DNA from: Octopus vulgaris
Lineage: Eukaryota
Reading direction: 5' to 3'
Length of the DNA stretch: 64,000 bases
Assembly: GCA_951406725.2 (NCBI GenBank)
Contig: OX597819.1
Span: forward strand, 22,878,001 to 22,942,000
How positions within the stretch are numbered: the first letter of the stretch is position 1; the number at the start of each line of letters is the position of its first letter. Below, piece by piece: positions 1 to 14,706 of this stretch. A program made the position numbers and the translations under genes. The notes under the pieces were generated by a model, which worked only from the letters and a program-made list of their open reading frames with translations, was not told the DNA's origin and did not search any database.

Positions 1-300
1 TAAAACTAGTTTCATTTGTGCCTCTGAGAACCTAATTTATGTAATAACTTGCTTGGGTTGCGGACACTACTATATTGGACAAACGAGTATGACCTTGAGA
101 AAGAGAACATAAGGAGCAAATCCGTTTCCCGCAATACAGACAAATTCCTCTCACTGAACATGTAGAAAAATGTGCAGGTAACATCAAACCAAATTTCACA
201 ATCTTCCATTTCTACCAAGTGCAAAGACGCAATCTCTCAACTAGAACGTTTAAATAAAGAAATTTTTTTCATTGAAAAATACAAAACACGTCTTAATATG
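1..300 (+). mobile_element. Penelope-like element remnant, GIY-YIG endonuclease domain (degenerate)
   Basis: Frame 2 reads KTSFICASENLIYVITCLGCGHYYIGQTSMTLRKR, then after a break ...QIRFPQYRQIPLTEHVEKCAG...LERLNKEIFFIEKYK, a typical PLE GIY-YIG. A decayed hammerhead motif lies downstream at ~604-634. Confidence 0.8.
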
Positions 301-851
301 CACTTATAAACAACGTTTATCTTTTTACATATTTCAATTCACGATTACATCACTGTACATAAATCCCCTACTAAATAAGGTTTTTAAAACTTGTCTCTGT
401 CTGTACACATAAATAATCTCCACCCATTACCGAAAGCTGAACAGTTATCTCCCTTACCCACAACAATAACAACAATAACGACAACCAATTACCTCCCTTT
501 ATTTATCTACTTGTGAAGTCATTCACTCGTGAATTTCATCACACACAACATGGACCAAATTTCTTCTTAAGAAAAAATATATATTCAAATAAGTAAAGCA
601 TAATATCATGAATAGCGATAGCGAAACCGGTCGATATATTAAAAATTATATTAAAACTATGTAAAGTGTGCGTATTTTCCCTTTTTTAATTCCTTATATA
701 TATATATATATATTGAGACTGAATGCTACAAAATATAGCAAATTATCTGATAGTTTAATATAGTTTATCGGTATATTAGCGCTAAAACTCAAAAGATGTT
801 TTCACAGTAGCGTGTTTTATACAGTAATAATTTATATATACTGTGGCGTGT

Positions 852-1195
852 GGAGTGGCTGTGTGGTAAGTAGCTTGCTTACCAACCACATGGTTCCGTG
901 TTCAGTTCCACTGCGTGGCACCTTGGGCAAAGTGTCTTCTACTATAACCTCGGGCCGACCAAAGTCTTGTGAGTGGATTTGGTAGACGGAAATTGAATGA
1001 AGCCCGTCGTATATATGTATATGTGCGTGTATGTTTGTGTGTCTGTGTTTGTCCCCCTAACATAGCTTCACAACCGATGGTGGTGTGTTTACGTCCCCGT
1101 AACTTATTGGTTCGGTAAAAGAGACCGGTAGAATAAGTACTGGGCTTACAAAGAATAAGTCCCGGGGTCGACTGAAACAAGTAAAAGAGTAAGAG
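852..1195 (+). mobile_element. tRNA-derived SINE, family A
   Basis: Head GGAGTGGCTGTGTGGTAAG...GTTCAGTTCC with A/B-box-like motifs, internal TA/TG microsatellite, tail GACTGAAACAAGTAAAAGAG. At least 7 similar copies in the window. Confidence 0.9.
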
Positions 1196-1380
1196 ATACA
1201 TATACACATACATATACATACATATACATATATATATACATATATATACATATACATATATATATATATATACATTATATACATACACATACATATGTAA
1301 ATATATATATATATTTATTTATATGGTATATATGTATGCATGTATATATATTTATGTATGTATATGTATATATATGTGTA

Positions 1381-1445
<65 letters not shown>

Positions 1446-1682
1446 GGTCGTGCGTGCATGTACGTGTGCGTAGGTATGCCTGTCTTTGTGCATGTGTTGT
1501 TGGTGTGTTTACATCCCTGTAATTACACGGAAGTAACCGCTAGAATAAGAACCAGACGTTAAAAAGTAAGTACTGGGGTTGATCCGACCGACTAAAATTC
1601 TCCAAGGGGGTGCCCCAGCATGGCCGCAAAATAATGACTGAAACAAATAAGAGAGAAGATAATATCCGTTAATCTATCACGT

Positions 1683-2295
<613 letters not shown>

Positions 2296-3543
2296 TATAT
2301 CCTGTACTAATTACTGCAAATTTTGGTTATTTTAGAAGAAAAGAGTAATCGATGGACTTTCTTCTTCGATCCCGAATGGATGGAAGGTAAAGTTGACCTC
2401 GGCGTGATTTGAACTCAGAATGTTAAAAAAAAAAAGCCGGAGCGAATGATGCCAAGCAATTTGTCCGGCGCTTTAACAATTCTGTTGACGATCCTGTACT
2501 AATTAGGTTTCTAAGTTCTGGCGCAAGGACAGTAATTTCAGGGCGAGTGATAATCGATTGATTTCATCGTCCCCTATGTTTAACTGGTACTTTATTTAAT
2601 AGATTCTCAATTGTCGCAAGGAAAAGTTGACCTCGGCGGGATTTGAACTCAGAACGTAAAGAATCAGAAGGAATGCAGCAAAGCATTTTGTCCGACACGT
2701 TGGGGACTCTGCCAGTCTGCCGCTTTATATCCTGCACTAATTATACAATAAACTGTGGCTGTGCTATGTCACATCAATTTTCACTTTATAAGCAAATATT
2801 AGTAGATAGGCTCCTGGGGATAAGAGACTGGTTTATTTCATGACCTGTTTGAAAATAGAGCTGATTTAATAATGTGGTAACAGTGATCAATTTTCAACAA
2901 ATTGGGAATTTCTTAATGTATACTTCACACAATATTTCACTGTCGATATGCTATGGAATTTTAAAACAATTAAATATACTGCCATTCTTTCTTGGCCTAT
3001 TTTCCCAAATATAATTTACTATATCGAAGGGCGTTTATGACAGAAATGATAGAGTAGCTTCTCTTAATGTTTTGCTTTCAAATCTCATTGAGATTTAATT
3101 TGCCTTTCATTTCTGAGTCAGTGAAATAAGTACCAACCGATGACTGTCATGATTCAGCTGTCTGTGAAATTTTACAATGAATAAACATTGAGCCAATGTA
3201 AGAGATGTATATTATTTACTACAGTACAGCTTTAATAACTTACATCAAATGATGCTACATCAAATAGAGCAACTAAAGCCCCAGTCCCATCGGTTTCAGA
3301 GACAATAAATGGCCGCAGCGAGAATCTGGTTATAAAGATTCATTTCTAAATTTTCTAAAACCAGCTGCTTGTGCGCTAAGAAGATTTCTACCCAAGTACA
3401 TGGTTCTTGGTCCAATCTCATTGCGAGGCATCTTGGACAAGTGCCTTCAACTGGAGCCCCGAGCTGACCAGAGATTTCTGAGTGGATTTAATAGGCGGAA
3501 CCTGAAAGAAGCCCATCGATATATATATATATAATTACTTATC

Positions 3544-3625
<82 letters not shown>

Positions 3626-3669
3626 TAGATTTATATATATATGTATATATATATGTGTGTGTGTGTGTT

Positions 3670-4274
<605 letters not shown>

Positions 4275-4961
4275 GGCCATACTGGGGCACTGCTTTGAAG
4301 ACTTTTTTGTCCAATCAATCGACCCTCCTACTAATTCGAAATACTAAGTTTAGGGGACGTAAACAGACTAACACTGGTTGTCAAGCTTTTGACCATGGAA
4401 TTATTGTATTTAATATTTAAATAAGGGTCAGTAATATTTTCATGTCACGGGAACGCAATAAATAATTCTGCAGATTTATATGATGTATTTTGTTTGTCCA
4501 TGCTCAAGGCACAGAGAGGAAATGAGGAGGATGTTGGCACACAATGTGGAAGAAAATAAAGGGTGAATAGAAATGGGAAATGAACGAAGAAAACCGAGAA
4601 CTGTGTCCCTTTTCTCAGAGGAAATCATAATCAATTTAGCTAATGTAGAATAATTTAACAGCGAAGCAGCCAAAGTGTGCGAAACAGCTGCTCTGTGCTT
4701 GCATTTGCTAAATCTTTCAGATGTTCGATTAAGTAATGTGGTGGAATACTTGAATCTAAAAAGAATGAGTGATATTTTAGCTATACGTAGCTTGCATCAC
4801 TTTGATCAATTTACATATGGCGTAGATTTCTCCGTGATATTCCACGTAAAAGTAGTGGTGCGCAATTGGTATTCAGATCTCATGCATAGCTAGCTCTAGA
4901 TGTGTCGAAGTTATTAACACCCCTCTTCTTGTAAAGACATGACGATCTCTCTCTCTGCTGT

Positions 4962-5339
<378 letters not shown>

Positions 5340-5352
5340 ACTCTCTCCCTTT

Positions 5353-5399
<47 letters not shown>

Positions 5400-5458
5400 T
5401 CCGTATGTTTGTGTTTGACCCGCAATAACAAAGGATTTCGTTCAATTGTTAAAACTAG

Positions 5459-5584
5459 ATTAATCTTCAAAATCTTGCATCTCTGACGGAACTGACAGTG
5501 AAATGTAATTCCTTTGTGCACCAGTATAAATTTTATCACGCCGATGTGGTGAAAGAAATTCCTTCATTGCAGTGGTTGGACGGG
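5459..5584 (+). CDS. Internal exon of an LRR protein (last LRR plus LRRcap)
   Basis: tag|ATT...GGG|gtaagt, 126 nt, phase 0/0. INLQNLASLTELTVKCNSFVHQYKFYHADVVKEIPSLQWLDG fits the LxxLxxLxLxxN...Y...V...PxLxxLDG LRRcap consensus. Confidence 0.8.
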
Positions 5585-5678
5585 GTAAGTACGATAGAAA
5601 TGTTAATTTTTACGCTAAATGAAAAGTTAAACATCTGTGATAATATAAAGAGGTCGCGTGGCTAAATGGTTCGAGAGT

Positions 5679-6656
5679 TTCACTCACGTATTGTGGTTTT
5701 CACTCGTCGACTGATGTGCGCGGAGAGAGGTGTGTTATTTTCTTGAGCAAAACACTTCATTTCACGTTGCTTTACTTCACTCACGTATTGTGGTTTTCAC
5801 TCGTCGACTGATGTGCGCGGAGAGAGGTGTGTTATTTTCTTGAGCAAAACACTTCATTTCACGTTGCTTTACTTCACTCACGTATTGTGGTTTTCACTCG
5901 TCGACTGAGGTGCGCGGAGAGAGGTGTGTTATTTTCTTGAGCAAAACACTTCATTTCACGTTGCTTTACTTCACTCACATATTGTGGTTTTCACTCGTCG
6001 ACTGAGGTGCGCGGAGATAGGTGTGTTATTTTCTTGAGCAAAACACTTCATTTCACGTTGCTTTACTTCACTCACGTATTGTGGTTTTCACTCGTCGACT
6101 GATGTGCGCGGAGAGAGGTGTGTTATTTTCTTGAGCAAAACACTTCATTTCACGTTGCTTTACCTCACTCACGTATTGTGGTTTTCACTCGTCGACTGAT
6201 GTGCGCAGAGAGAGGTGTGTTATTTTCTTGAGCAAAACACTTCATTTCACGTTGCTTTACTTCACTCACGTATTGTGGTTTTCACTCGTCGACTGAGGTG
6301 CGCGGAGAGAGGTGTGTTATTTTCTTGAGCAAAACGCTTCATTTCACGTTGCTTTACTTCACTCACGTATTGTGGTTTTCACTCGTCGACTGAGGTGCGC
6401 GGAGAGAGGTGTGTTATTTTCTTGAGCAAAACGCTTCATTTCACGTTGCTTTACTTCACTCACGTATTGTGGTTTTCACTCGTCGACTGAGGTGCGCGGA
6501 GAGAGGTGTGTTATTTTCTTGAGCAAAACGCTTCATTTCACGTTGCTTTACTTCACTCACGTATTGTGGTTTTCACTCGTCGACTGAGGTGCGCGGAGAG
6601 CGGTGTGTTATTTTCTTGAGCAAAACACTTCATTTCACGTTGCTTTACTTCACTCA
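5679..6656. repeat. Tandem array of ten 97-bp units derived from a SINE
   Basis: CACTCA recurs at 5681, 5778, 5875 ... 6651 with near-identical units. Preceded by an A-box-like GTGGCTAAATGG. Confidence 0.95.
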
Positions 6657-6790
6657 GCTACAAACGAATAACCAAAATATTGATGTCCAATAAACTCTTT
6701 ACTTCGATTTCGTTTTTATCATAAATATATATTGTAATGCAAAAGAAAGATATGTTTTTTTCAACACGAAAGTACTGGTAGAAAGTATAT

Positions 6791-7094
6791 CACGTGATCA
6801 CGTGACCGACCAGACCATCAGATGCTGCTACACACCGCTGGTCACAATGCGTTCGCATTGTTTTAGCCTTCGAATGACGCCACCCCGCTGGCTAAGCGAG
6901 CAGGCCAACAGAAGTGTGAGAGAAAGAGTGGTGAAAGAGTACAGCAGGGATCGCCACCACCCCCTGCCGGAGCATCGTGGAGCTTTTAGGTGTTTTCGCT
7001 CAATAAACACTCACAACGCCCGGTCTAGGAATCGAAACCGCGATCCTACAACCGCGAGTCCGCTGCCCTAACCACTAGGCCATTGCACCTCCAC
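6791..7094 (-). mobile_element. tRNA-derived SINE family B, alternative-tail variant
   Basis: Head GGAGG(T/C)GCAATGGCC...GTTTCGATTCC. TSD TAGAAAGTATAT at 6779-6790 and 7097-7108. Confidence 0.9.
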
Positions 7095-7215
7095 GATAGA
7101 AAGTATATATAGGATAAAATCCTTACAGAGCAGAAAAATCTGTCAGCAACCAACCTCCCATGTCTTCAATACATTTCAGCGCTTCAAAAACAAACTTGTT
7201 TGTTTACATATGATA

Positions 7216-7626
7216 TGAATTGTTATGTTATTATCAGAGCGAATATGCCTGATGTACGTTCGAACTGGAGAACAACCTACTCACTGCTTTTCATTAAGGA
7301 AAATATATTCCGTTTGTTGACAAATGGTGTGAATACACCTAGATCAGCTCGCAGCGCCATCTACATAGAAAAGCATAAGCGAGACAATCTCTTCAATCAA
7401 CTCGTAGCTTCGTCTGCCTGGTGTCTGTGACCTATGTGGATATAACTTCTCCGATATGCAAGCATTTCACGGTCTAGGTAAGTGGAGCTACGAGCTGATC
7501 TAGGCGTATAAATACCATTTGTCAACAAGCGAGATACATTCTCCGTGACAAAACGCAGTGAGTAGCTTGTTCCCCAGTTCGATCTTGCCTCAGGCATATT
7601 CGGATTAACACAATAACATTACAATT
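7216..7626. repeat. Old long inverted repeat (MITE-like/foldback)
   Basis: The arm at ~7218-7370 is the diverged reverse complement of ~7470-7625. The two opposite-strand ORFs in the track translate to similar peptides. Confidence 0.85.
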
Positions 7627-7752
7627 TTATTTATCACTGCTTAGCGCTCCTCCTCAGTAACATAAATATAAAATTTAATTTCAAAACAGCAATTGGAAAA
7701 AAACGGCTGTATTTTAAACATGTTGTTCAGTAAATTATTTTCTTATTTTCAG

Positions 7753-7819
7753 ATTAATGTGAAAGAAAATAAGAAAACGTTAAATAATTCAAATATCCGA
7801 CAGGCGTCTGCATATGCTG
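7753..7819 (+). CDS. Internal exon of the LRR protein
   Basis: tttcttattttcag|ATT...GCT G|gttagt, 67 nt, phase 0/1, INVKENKKTLNNSNIRQASAYA(G). Phase-compatible with both neighbouring exons. Confidence 0.7.
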
Positions 7820-7887
7820 GTTAGTACTTTTAATATCCTAATTAGAAGATATAAAACTATGGATATCTATTTATCTATAATTATATA

Positions 7888-8271
7888 TGGAAGCACTCCG
7901 TCGGTTACGACGACGAGGGCTCCGGTTGATCCGATCAACGGAACAGCCTGCTCGTGAAATTAACGTGTAAGTGGCTGAGCACTCCACAGACACGTGAACC
8001 CTCAACGTAGTTCTCGGGGATATTCAGCGTGATACAGAGTGTGACAAGGCCGGCCCTTTGAAATACAGGTACAACAGAAACAGGAAGTAAGAGTGAGAGA
8101 AAGTTGTGGTGAAAGAGTACAGCAGGGATCACCACCATCCCCTGCCGGAGCCTCGTGGAGCTTTAGGTGTTTTCGCTCAATAAACACTCACAACGCCCGG
8201 CCTGGGAATCGAAACCGCGATCCTACGACCGCGAGTCCGCTGCTCTAACCACTGGGCCATTGCGCCTCCAC
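7888..8271 (-). mobile_element. SINE family B, full length
   Basis: Same as 18207-18595 in reverse. 14-bp TSD TCTATAATTATATA at 7874-7887 and 8272-8285. Confidence 0.92.
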
Positions 8272-9399
8272 TCTATAATTATATACTCCTATCAATCAAA
8301 CTAAGTTCTTTTTATTCATTATTCCACGAAAGAAGGCAGAGCATGTAGCATTTGTGGGCCCACCTATAGTGGTAGCATTAGCTTGTTTGATGCTTTAATT
8401 AAACATCTGTAAAGTGATACATGTGGCAAACAGGTAGGGTGGAAGCGCTGTCAATTAGAATACTACAGCTTTCGTATCCACTCAAACTAGTATTAAGTGA
8501 AATTATTCGATGCTTTAATAATCTACTTCAGACTGATCGATGTGCATTTAGTTTCACGCCATTTAGCTTCATTGGTTAATCATGGTGCCGGCGAGGACCT
8601 AGCTGCCATACCATCAAATTCGTGTCATTCCAAATCTATCTTTTATCTTTTTTACTCCTTTCAGTCACTGAACTGCAACCACCATAGGGCACCACATTGA
8701 AAAGTTATAGTCGAAAAAAATCGACCCTGATATTTAGGTTTTGTAACGTAAACAAACTAACACCGGTTGTCAAGTGGTGGCAGAAAACACAGACACTAAG
8801 ACACACACAAATACAAACCCAAACATGTATGTATATATGTACGTCTGGCTTCCACACAGTTTCCGTCTGATAAATTCATTCACAAGTCATGAGCTGTTCG
8901 GGTTTAAAACAGAAATCATTTGCCTCTGGTGACACCCAATGGAACTAAACGTAAAATCCTGTGGCTGCAAAGTGACCTTCCAATTCATACACCTATATCT
9001 GTGTCTGCTACACAGACATCGAACAGAAGTTAGTCAATGATAGATAGACTGTAACTTATTTATAAAAAGAAAATATATTTTCTAAACTTGAGTGAACCGA
9101 AAACCAAAGAAACTGATCCTAACAATATATTCTTCTCCGAAACATTATCTGCAAAGAGGCATTGCAAGCACGAAAAGGGAGATGGAATTTGTATTTGGTA
9201 ATAGAATTTGTATCGTATTTTCAGAATTCCTAGAGCTTTCGTGTTTTAAAGCTTTAACTTTGTTTAATCTAAAAACTTGCATCGCGTTCTCAGCTATCCA
9301 GAACTTACCTTATTCTATGTTCATTTATATCACTTTACAATAAAATTTGCGACAAAATATTATAGCTCTATTTGTTTTGTTTTTTTTTTCTTTTCGTAG

Positions 9400-9478
9400 G
9401 AGCTGTTGGAAATGATTTAAATAAGGAGTTGGAATCACTCGATTTAAGTCCAGAAATTATAAACGATATTACTGAGAG
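9400..9478 (+). CDS. Internal exon of the LRR protein
   Basis: Long polypyrimidine tract + cgtag|GA GCT...GAG AG|gtaaga, 79 nt, phase 1/2, (G)AVGNDLNKELESLDLSPEIINDITE(R). Confidence 0.75.
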
Positions 9479-10127
9479 GTAAGATTTCATAGCTGCACTG
9501 TGGTTATAACATGCAGAATAGAGTCTTTAAAAGGTGGATTGTTTGACAAAATATTTTACTGTGTCTGATTAATATTCCATTCTATAAAAAAGTGTCTGAC
9601 CATGGGGAATTATTGCATTGTATAGAAATAAATAAGGATTTCATGAATAAACGACGTTTGACTAATGGAAGCATGAAAATGTGGACTTTAAATCTATTAT
9701 GACGGTGATGGTGAATTTTTATTTCTGAATCCTCTAAAATCGACAGAACAAATATCAGTTATATGCCGAGATTGTGAAAATGGATTACGCTAAATGATTA
9801 CTGGGGTGGAAGGATACTGACAAGGTTATTGGCTGATGAAATATTCTTTGCTTGAAAAGAATATTTCATGTCTAAGAAAGATATTGTCCATTGTATAGAG
9901 ACAAAATGAGAACTCACAAAGGAAGAAATAAAGGAACCTAATATTGGAGTGAATCAACAACAGAATATGGCATTATCCTTTGATTATGGGTTGTAGAGTA
10001 CCTGGAAATATTATGCATTCTAAATGGAAAATTTTACATGAGACACACTTGATACTTATGGTCAAGCATTTGTTTGTAAAATTAATATTGAGTTTTAGAT
10101 ATCTTTCTAACATCTAATTGCGTACGT

Positions 10128-10175
<48 letters not shown>

Positions 10176-10351
10176 TCGCTGGAGCAATGCCTTGAAAGGT
10201 GTTATTCGAACAAATTGACCACACAGGTTGTTTTTTAAGCCTATCACTCATTTTATCGGTCTCATTTGTCGAACTGCTAAATTACAAGGACATAAACTCA
10301 CCAACACCGGTTGTTAAGCGGTGATGGGGGAAACACAGACACAAAGACACA

Positions 10352-10414
<63 letters not shown>

Positions 10415-10559
10415 AATGTATGTATGTTTTTCCAGTGTTTACAAATATCACGGAAAAAAATAAACAGTTTCCAGGGTAGCAAAAATTCACACAAGTAACA
10501 AGGATATAGCACTCTATTTATAAAGGTAGAAATTTCAGGTTTAGGTGAAATGTTTTGTA

Positions 10560-11310
10560 TAATATCGATAAATAAATAAATGGAGTTAAACGCAGGTGTT
10601 ATTCAAATTCTTTTACTTCCGACATATGTTTCGAAATCAGCATTGGTATTATTCCAAAGGGAATAAAATGGCGTAAAACAATGCAATCTTTTCATTAGTG
10701 AAAGAAAGACACCAAACACATCAATAAGACATTTTAACGGTATGTGCTGACTGCGTATAATGATGAAAGGGAACGCTATCAAGTTTCTTTTTTTAAACTG
10801 TTAGTAGATATAACGTCAAGGGTAGTTTATAGAAAGAGAAGGAGGAGAAAGAAATTAGGAGAAAACTAATAGCGGAGAGATATAGAGCGATAGGTGAATT
10901 TAGAATAAAGCTTGAAGGTATGGAAATAGAGATATTTTGTGGAAGTGAAATGTAAGAAGACAAAGGACGAATTTTATAGAATGGTAGAAATCACCTATAG
11001 GAACTAACGGTATGTTTCTGCCTATGTTTGCAACGATAAGCCCGTTCTATAAGCATGTTTATAAAGGGATCCTTTGAGAATAGGATAAAAAAAATATTTC
11101 ACTATTATAAAGGGAGTAAAAAGATTTACCTTTGTCATAAGGTAAAGAAATGACTAGAATATTCCATTCCAAATTAAATCGTTTATTATGATCTTTTAGA
11201 TACCAGATTGATTTACTAAGCCCAGTGTTGTTAAGTTTATTGATATGCCTAAATGTAGAGTAAAAATTAAATATTGTTTTGGAAAACTGAGATGAAGAAC
11301 TACCTATATA
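10560..11310 (-). mobile_element. Penelope-like remnant (GIY-YIG C-terminal part and 3' region)
   Basis: Minus strand reads STFRHINKLNNTGLSKSIWYLKDHNKRFNLEWNIL...PYDKG. Decayed hammerhead CTAATGA...CGAAACATATGTC at ~10618-10700. Confidence 0.65.
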
Positions 11311-11593
11311 AAAAAGACGTCAGAACCGGAAGTAATGTTACAGTATACCGCTATTCGTCTCGGTCCCCCATCATCTCCCCTGAAAGCCTCAACACCTTAA
11401 AGTCAGTCTTCACCAATTCGTCCCACGTTTCTTAGGTTCTCCTCTTCTACAGATTTCTTTCACGTTTAGCGATCGCATTTCTTTAATACAGCCGTCTTGT
11501 ATATACAACCAAAATAGTTATGTGTAGCGAAAGATATCTCTGAAACTAATCAAAATATAAATTCTCATGGGTTTTATATAATTTTCCTTTCAG

Positions 11594-11630
11594 GTTTGTG
11601 AAACTACGGTCTAGCATCTCCAAATTATAA
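11594..11630 (+). CDS. Probable terminal coding exon of the LRR protein
   Basis: ttttcctttcag|G TTT GTG AAA CTA CGG TCT AGC ATC TCC AAA TTA TAA. The phase-2 start completes AGG, giving RFVKLRSSISKL*. Confidence 0.55.
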
Positions 11631-12009
11631 GAGAAACTTGACGTAATGAAGTGACAAGAGGAACTCCAGGAAGCAAACGAGCAAACATATTTATAATTCA
11701 TTAAATAATCTAATTTAAACCTTTTTGAAAGAATATGTAGAAATAGAGTCGCACACACATATACACACATATGTATGTGTATGTGATCAAAATTCAGTTA
11801 CGATCTCATTAATAGAATTATCATGTTTCCCCTTTTATTGTAAAAAAACAATCTGGGTGTGTTTTTATACCTAACACATAGAAACTATCATTTCTTATTA
11901 AAAGCTTGTGTCAAGTGCATATATTTATGTACTAAAATTCATAAACTTTTTTATTTACTTATTTACTTATCTATGTTATACATTGTGTAAATTAATGTAT
12001 ATGTATGTA

Positions 12010-12040
<31 letters not shown>

Positions 12041-13005
12041 CAGAGAGACAGAGAGAGACAGAAGACGGAGTCTGTATGCGCGCCATAGTAAACGAACATT
12101 TCCTTTAAAATGTAAATCAGACGCAAAACCAGCACTCCTTGCAGTCTTTAGAAAACTAAAGTATATATAGCATGCTGCGCTTTGATTTAATATCCAAAAT
12201 TTATACAAAGGACATTTACAGATACTGGCGTGAAAACAAATATATTCTATACTGTAATTATTGATTTCAGATATTTGCACAAAGCCAGCAATTTTAGAGT
12301 AAGGGTTAAGTCAATTACATCGACCCCAGTGTTCAACTGTTAATTATGCCATCCACCCCGAAAGGAACTCCGAACGTAAAGGCGGACGAAATGCCTCTTA
12401 AATCGGCGTGCTAACGATTCTGCCAGCTCGCTGTTTAATTCTATTCCGTAATTATTATTTCATATCTATACCAATAATATTTTGTTCCCACAAGTAGATA
12501 ACTAAATATTTTAATTAGAATTTTTAAATACTGAGATTTTCAGGTGAAGATAGTAATTTGTAACATGCCCTCTGCATACAAAACAATGAAATATGCAAGA
12601 ATTTCTAAAGTCTTCCGTGTGCTCTGAAGGAAATGCAATAAAGTGTAGCAAAAAGGAGCCAGTCTGAAAAATGGGATTTTACATGAACTTAGAAATGAAA
12701 ATTGCTCGAAATTTGAACATATATTTCATCTGACATTGTTAGCTAGAAAAACGAAATAAAATTTCCCTCTATAATTTTAAGCCAGTTTATTTCCTATATA
12801 TTTTTCATGGCACATACTTTTAAAAGAAAATTATCTTGCAATCGGGAAAACTAAGAGATCTGCTAGTTTTGCGAGATCTTCAGCTGAATGTTTGTGGTGA
12901 TACGGTGAACAAGAAAAGGAAAGCCGAAACTTCCGTTTCCATTTTAAAATTACGGAGGATGTCGCAAAGGTTAGGTGGGAAGTGACGTAGATATATGTAT
13001 GCATA

Positions 13006-13487
13006 AGGTGGTGATCTGGCAGAAACGATAGCACGTCGTGCGAAATGCGTAGCCGTATTTCGTCTGCCGTTACGTTCTGAGTTCAAATTCCGCCGAGGTC
13101 GATTTTGCCTTTCATCATTTCGGGGGTCGATAAATTAAGTAGCAGTTACGCACTGGGGTCGATGTAATCGACTTAATCCGCTTGTCTGTCCTTGTTTGTC
13201 CCCTCTATGTTTAGCCCCTTGTGGGTAATAAAGAAACAGATATATGTATGCATAAAGGCGGCGAATTGGCAGAAACGATACCACGCCGTGCGAAATGCGT
13301 AGCCGTATTTCGTCTGCCGTTACGTTCTGAGTTCAAATTCCGCCGCGGTCGATTTTGCCTTTCATCATTTCGGGGGTCGATAAATTAAGTACCAGTTACT
13401 CACTGGGGTCGATGTAATCGACTTAATCCGTTTGTCTGCCCTTGTTTGTCCCCTCTATGTTTAGCCCTTTGTAGGTAATAAAGAAAC
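13006..13487 (+). mobile_element. Two tandem copies of SINE family C
   Basis: Head AAGGCGGCGA..TGGCAGAA (A box) ...GAGTTCAAATTCC (B box). The 17-bp AGATATATGTATGCATA occurs at 12989, 13238 and 13488. Confidence 0.92.
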
Positions 13488-14404
13488 AGATATATGTATG
13501 CATATACACATATAACGACATAAGCTATGTACTCCTGTGTGCATATTGTGTGTGTTCATATTATGCATGTGTGTGTGTGTGTGTGTGTGCGTGCGCGTGT
13601 GTGTGTAGTTACATACATGCAAACGTACATACAATCATACATACTGAAATGCAAACGCACATAATTTCCAGCAGATAAAAACCACGATGTCACGAGAAGT
13701 ACTGATTCATCTACAAGCATGCATTTTAGGCGGTGATCTGACGTTAAAAAGTTAAATGCTTTATATTTCAACATCGTTTAGACTTCATTGTGATAATACT
13801 TATCAAAAGTTGTCTCGATCGACACCACTTGACAATAGAATAGGTCGTCACTCTTCGCATCGCCTTTGATAGATACACCTGAATAACTTCATTCAGGTGA
13901 TTATTTTAGATTAATATCTCAGGTGGGTATAAATAGCACGAACATCACGACGATCGATGTAATGTTGGCGGCAAATATCCAGTATACGTTGCTTATCCAG
14001 AGATGGGAAACGGATTAGTATTGTGCAGATTTCCTTTGGTTCTTAGCTTCAGACATATATCTATGAGATTTTATGATTATTTTGTGAGATTGCTGTCTTG
14101 GCTATTCACCAATGTTGTTATTTTTTTCCAAATATTTTTCCTATTATGTTGCTATCTGAAACTATAATCACATGTCATGCTTCAATAAAACTCAGTCACA
14201 TTTCTATCAACAGACACTTGTTTAAAATCATTGGAATCCACTTCTCTGTCTTTCTTGTTTGTTTCTACTTTCATTGCTCACCTAATAAACATCATTTACG
14301 ATTGGATAAATATACATACACACACACACAAACGCGCACACATATTTATACACACACACACATATATATATACATATATATACATATATATATATACATA
14401 TATG

Positions 14405-14442
<38 letters not shown>

Positions 14443-14466
14443 TATATACATATATTATATATATAT

Positions 14467-14526
<60 letters not shown>

Positions 14527-14617
14527 AATATTTAGATATGTATATATATATATTTATATATATATTTATATATATTTATATATATATTTACATATATATT
14601 TATATATTTATATTTAC

Positions 14618-14664
<47 letters not shown>

Positions 14665-14706
14665 AATATATAGATATGTGTGTATATATATATATATACA
14701 TAAATA

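Noticed and set aside
4675-4893. 72-aa ORF as an upstream LRR exon
   Set aside because: No LRR pattern and no convincing phase-0 donor.
5679-6656. CRISPR-like regular array
   Set aside because: Whole units are near-identical with no unique spacers, there are no cas genes, and the unit derives from a SINE.
9540-10030. Possible decayed LINE coding fragment
   Set aside because: No diagnostic motif could be recovered by eye.
12544-12560. Alternative terminal exon (ttttcag|G TGA)
   Set aside because: Phase-compatible but gives an immediate stop. The 11594 acceptor is nearer and stronger; this one is not excluded.
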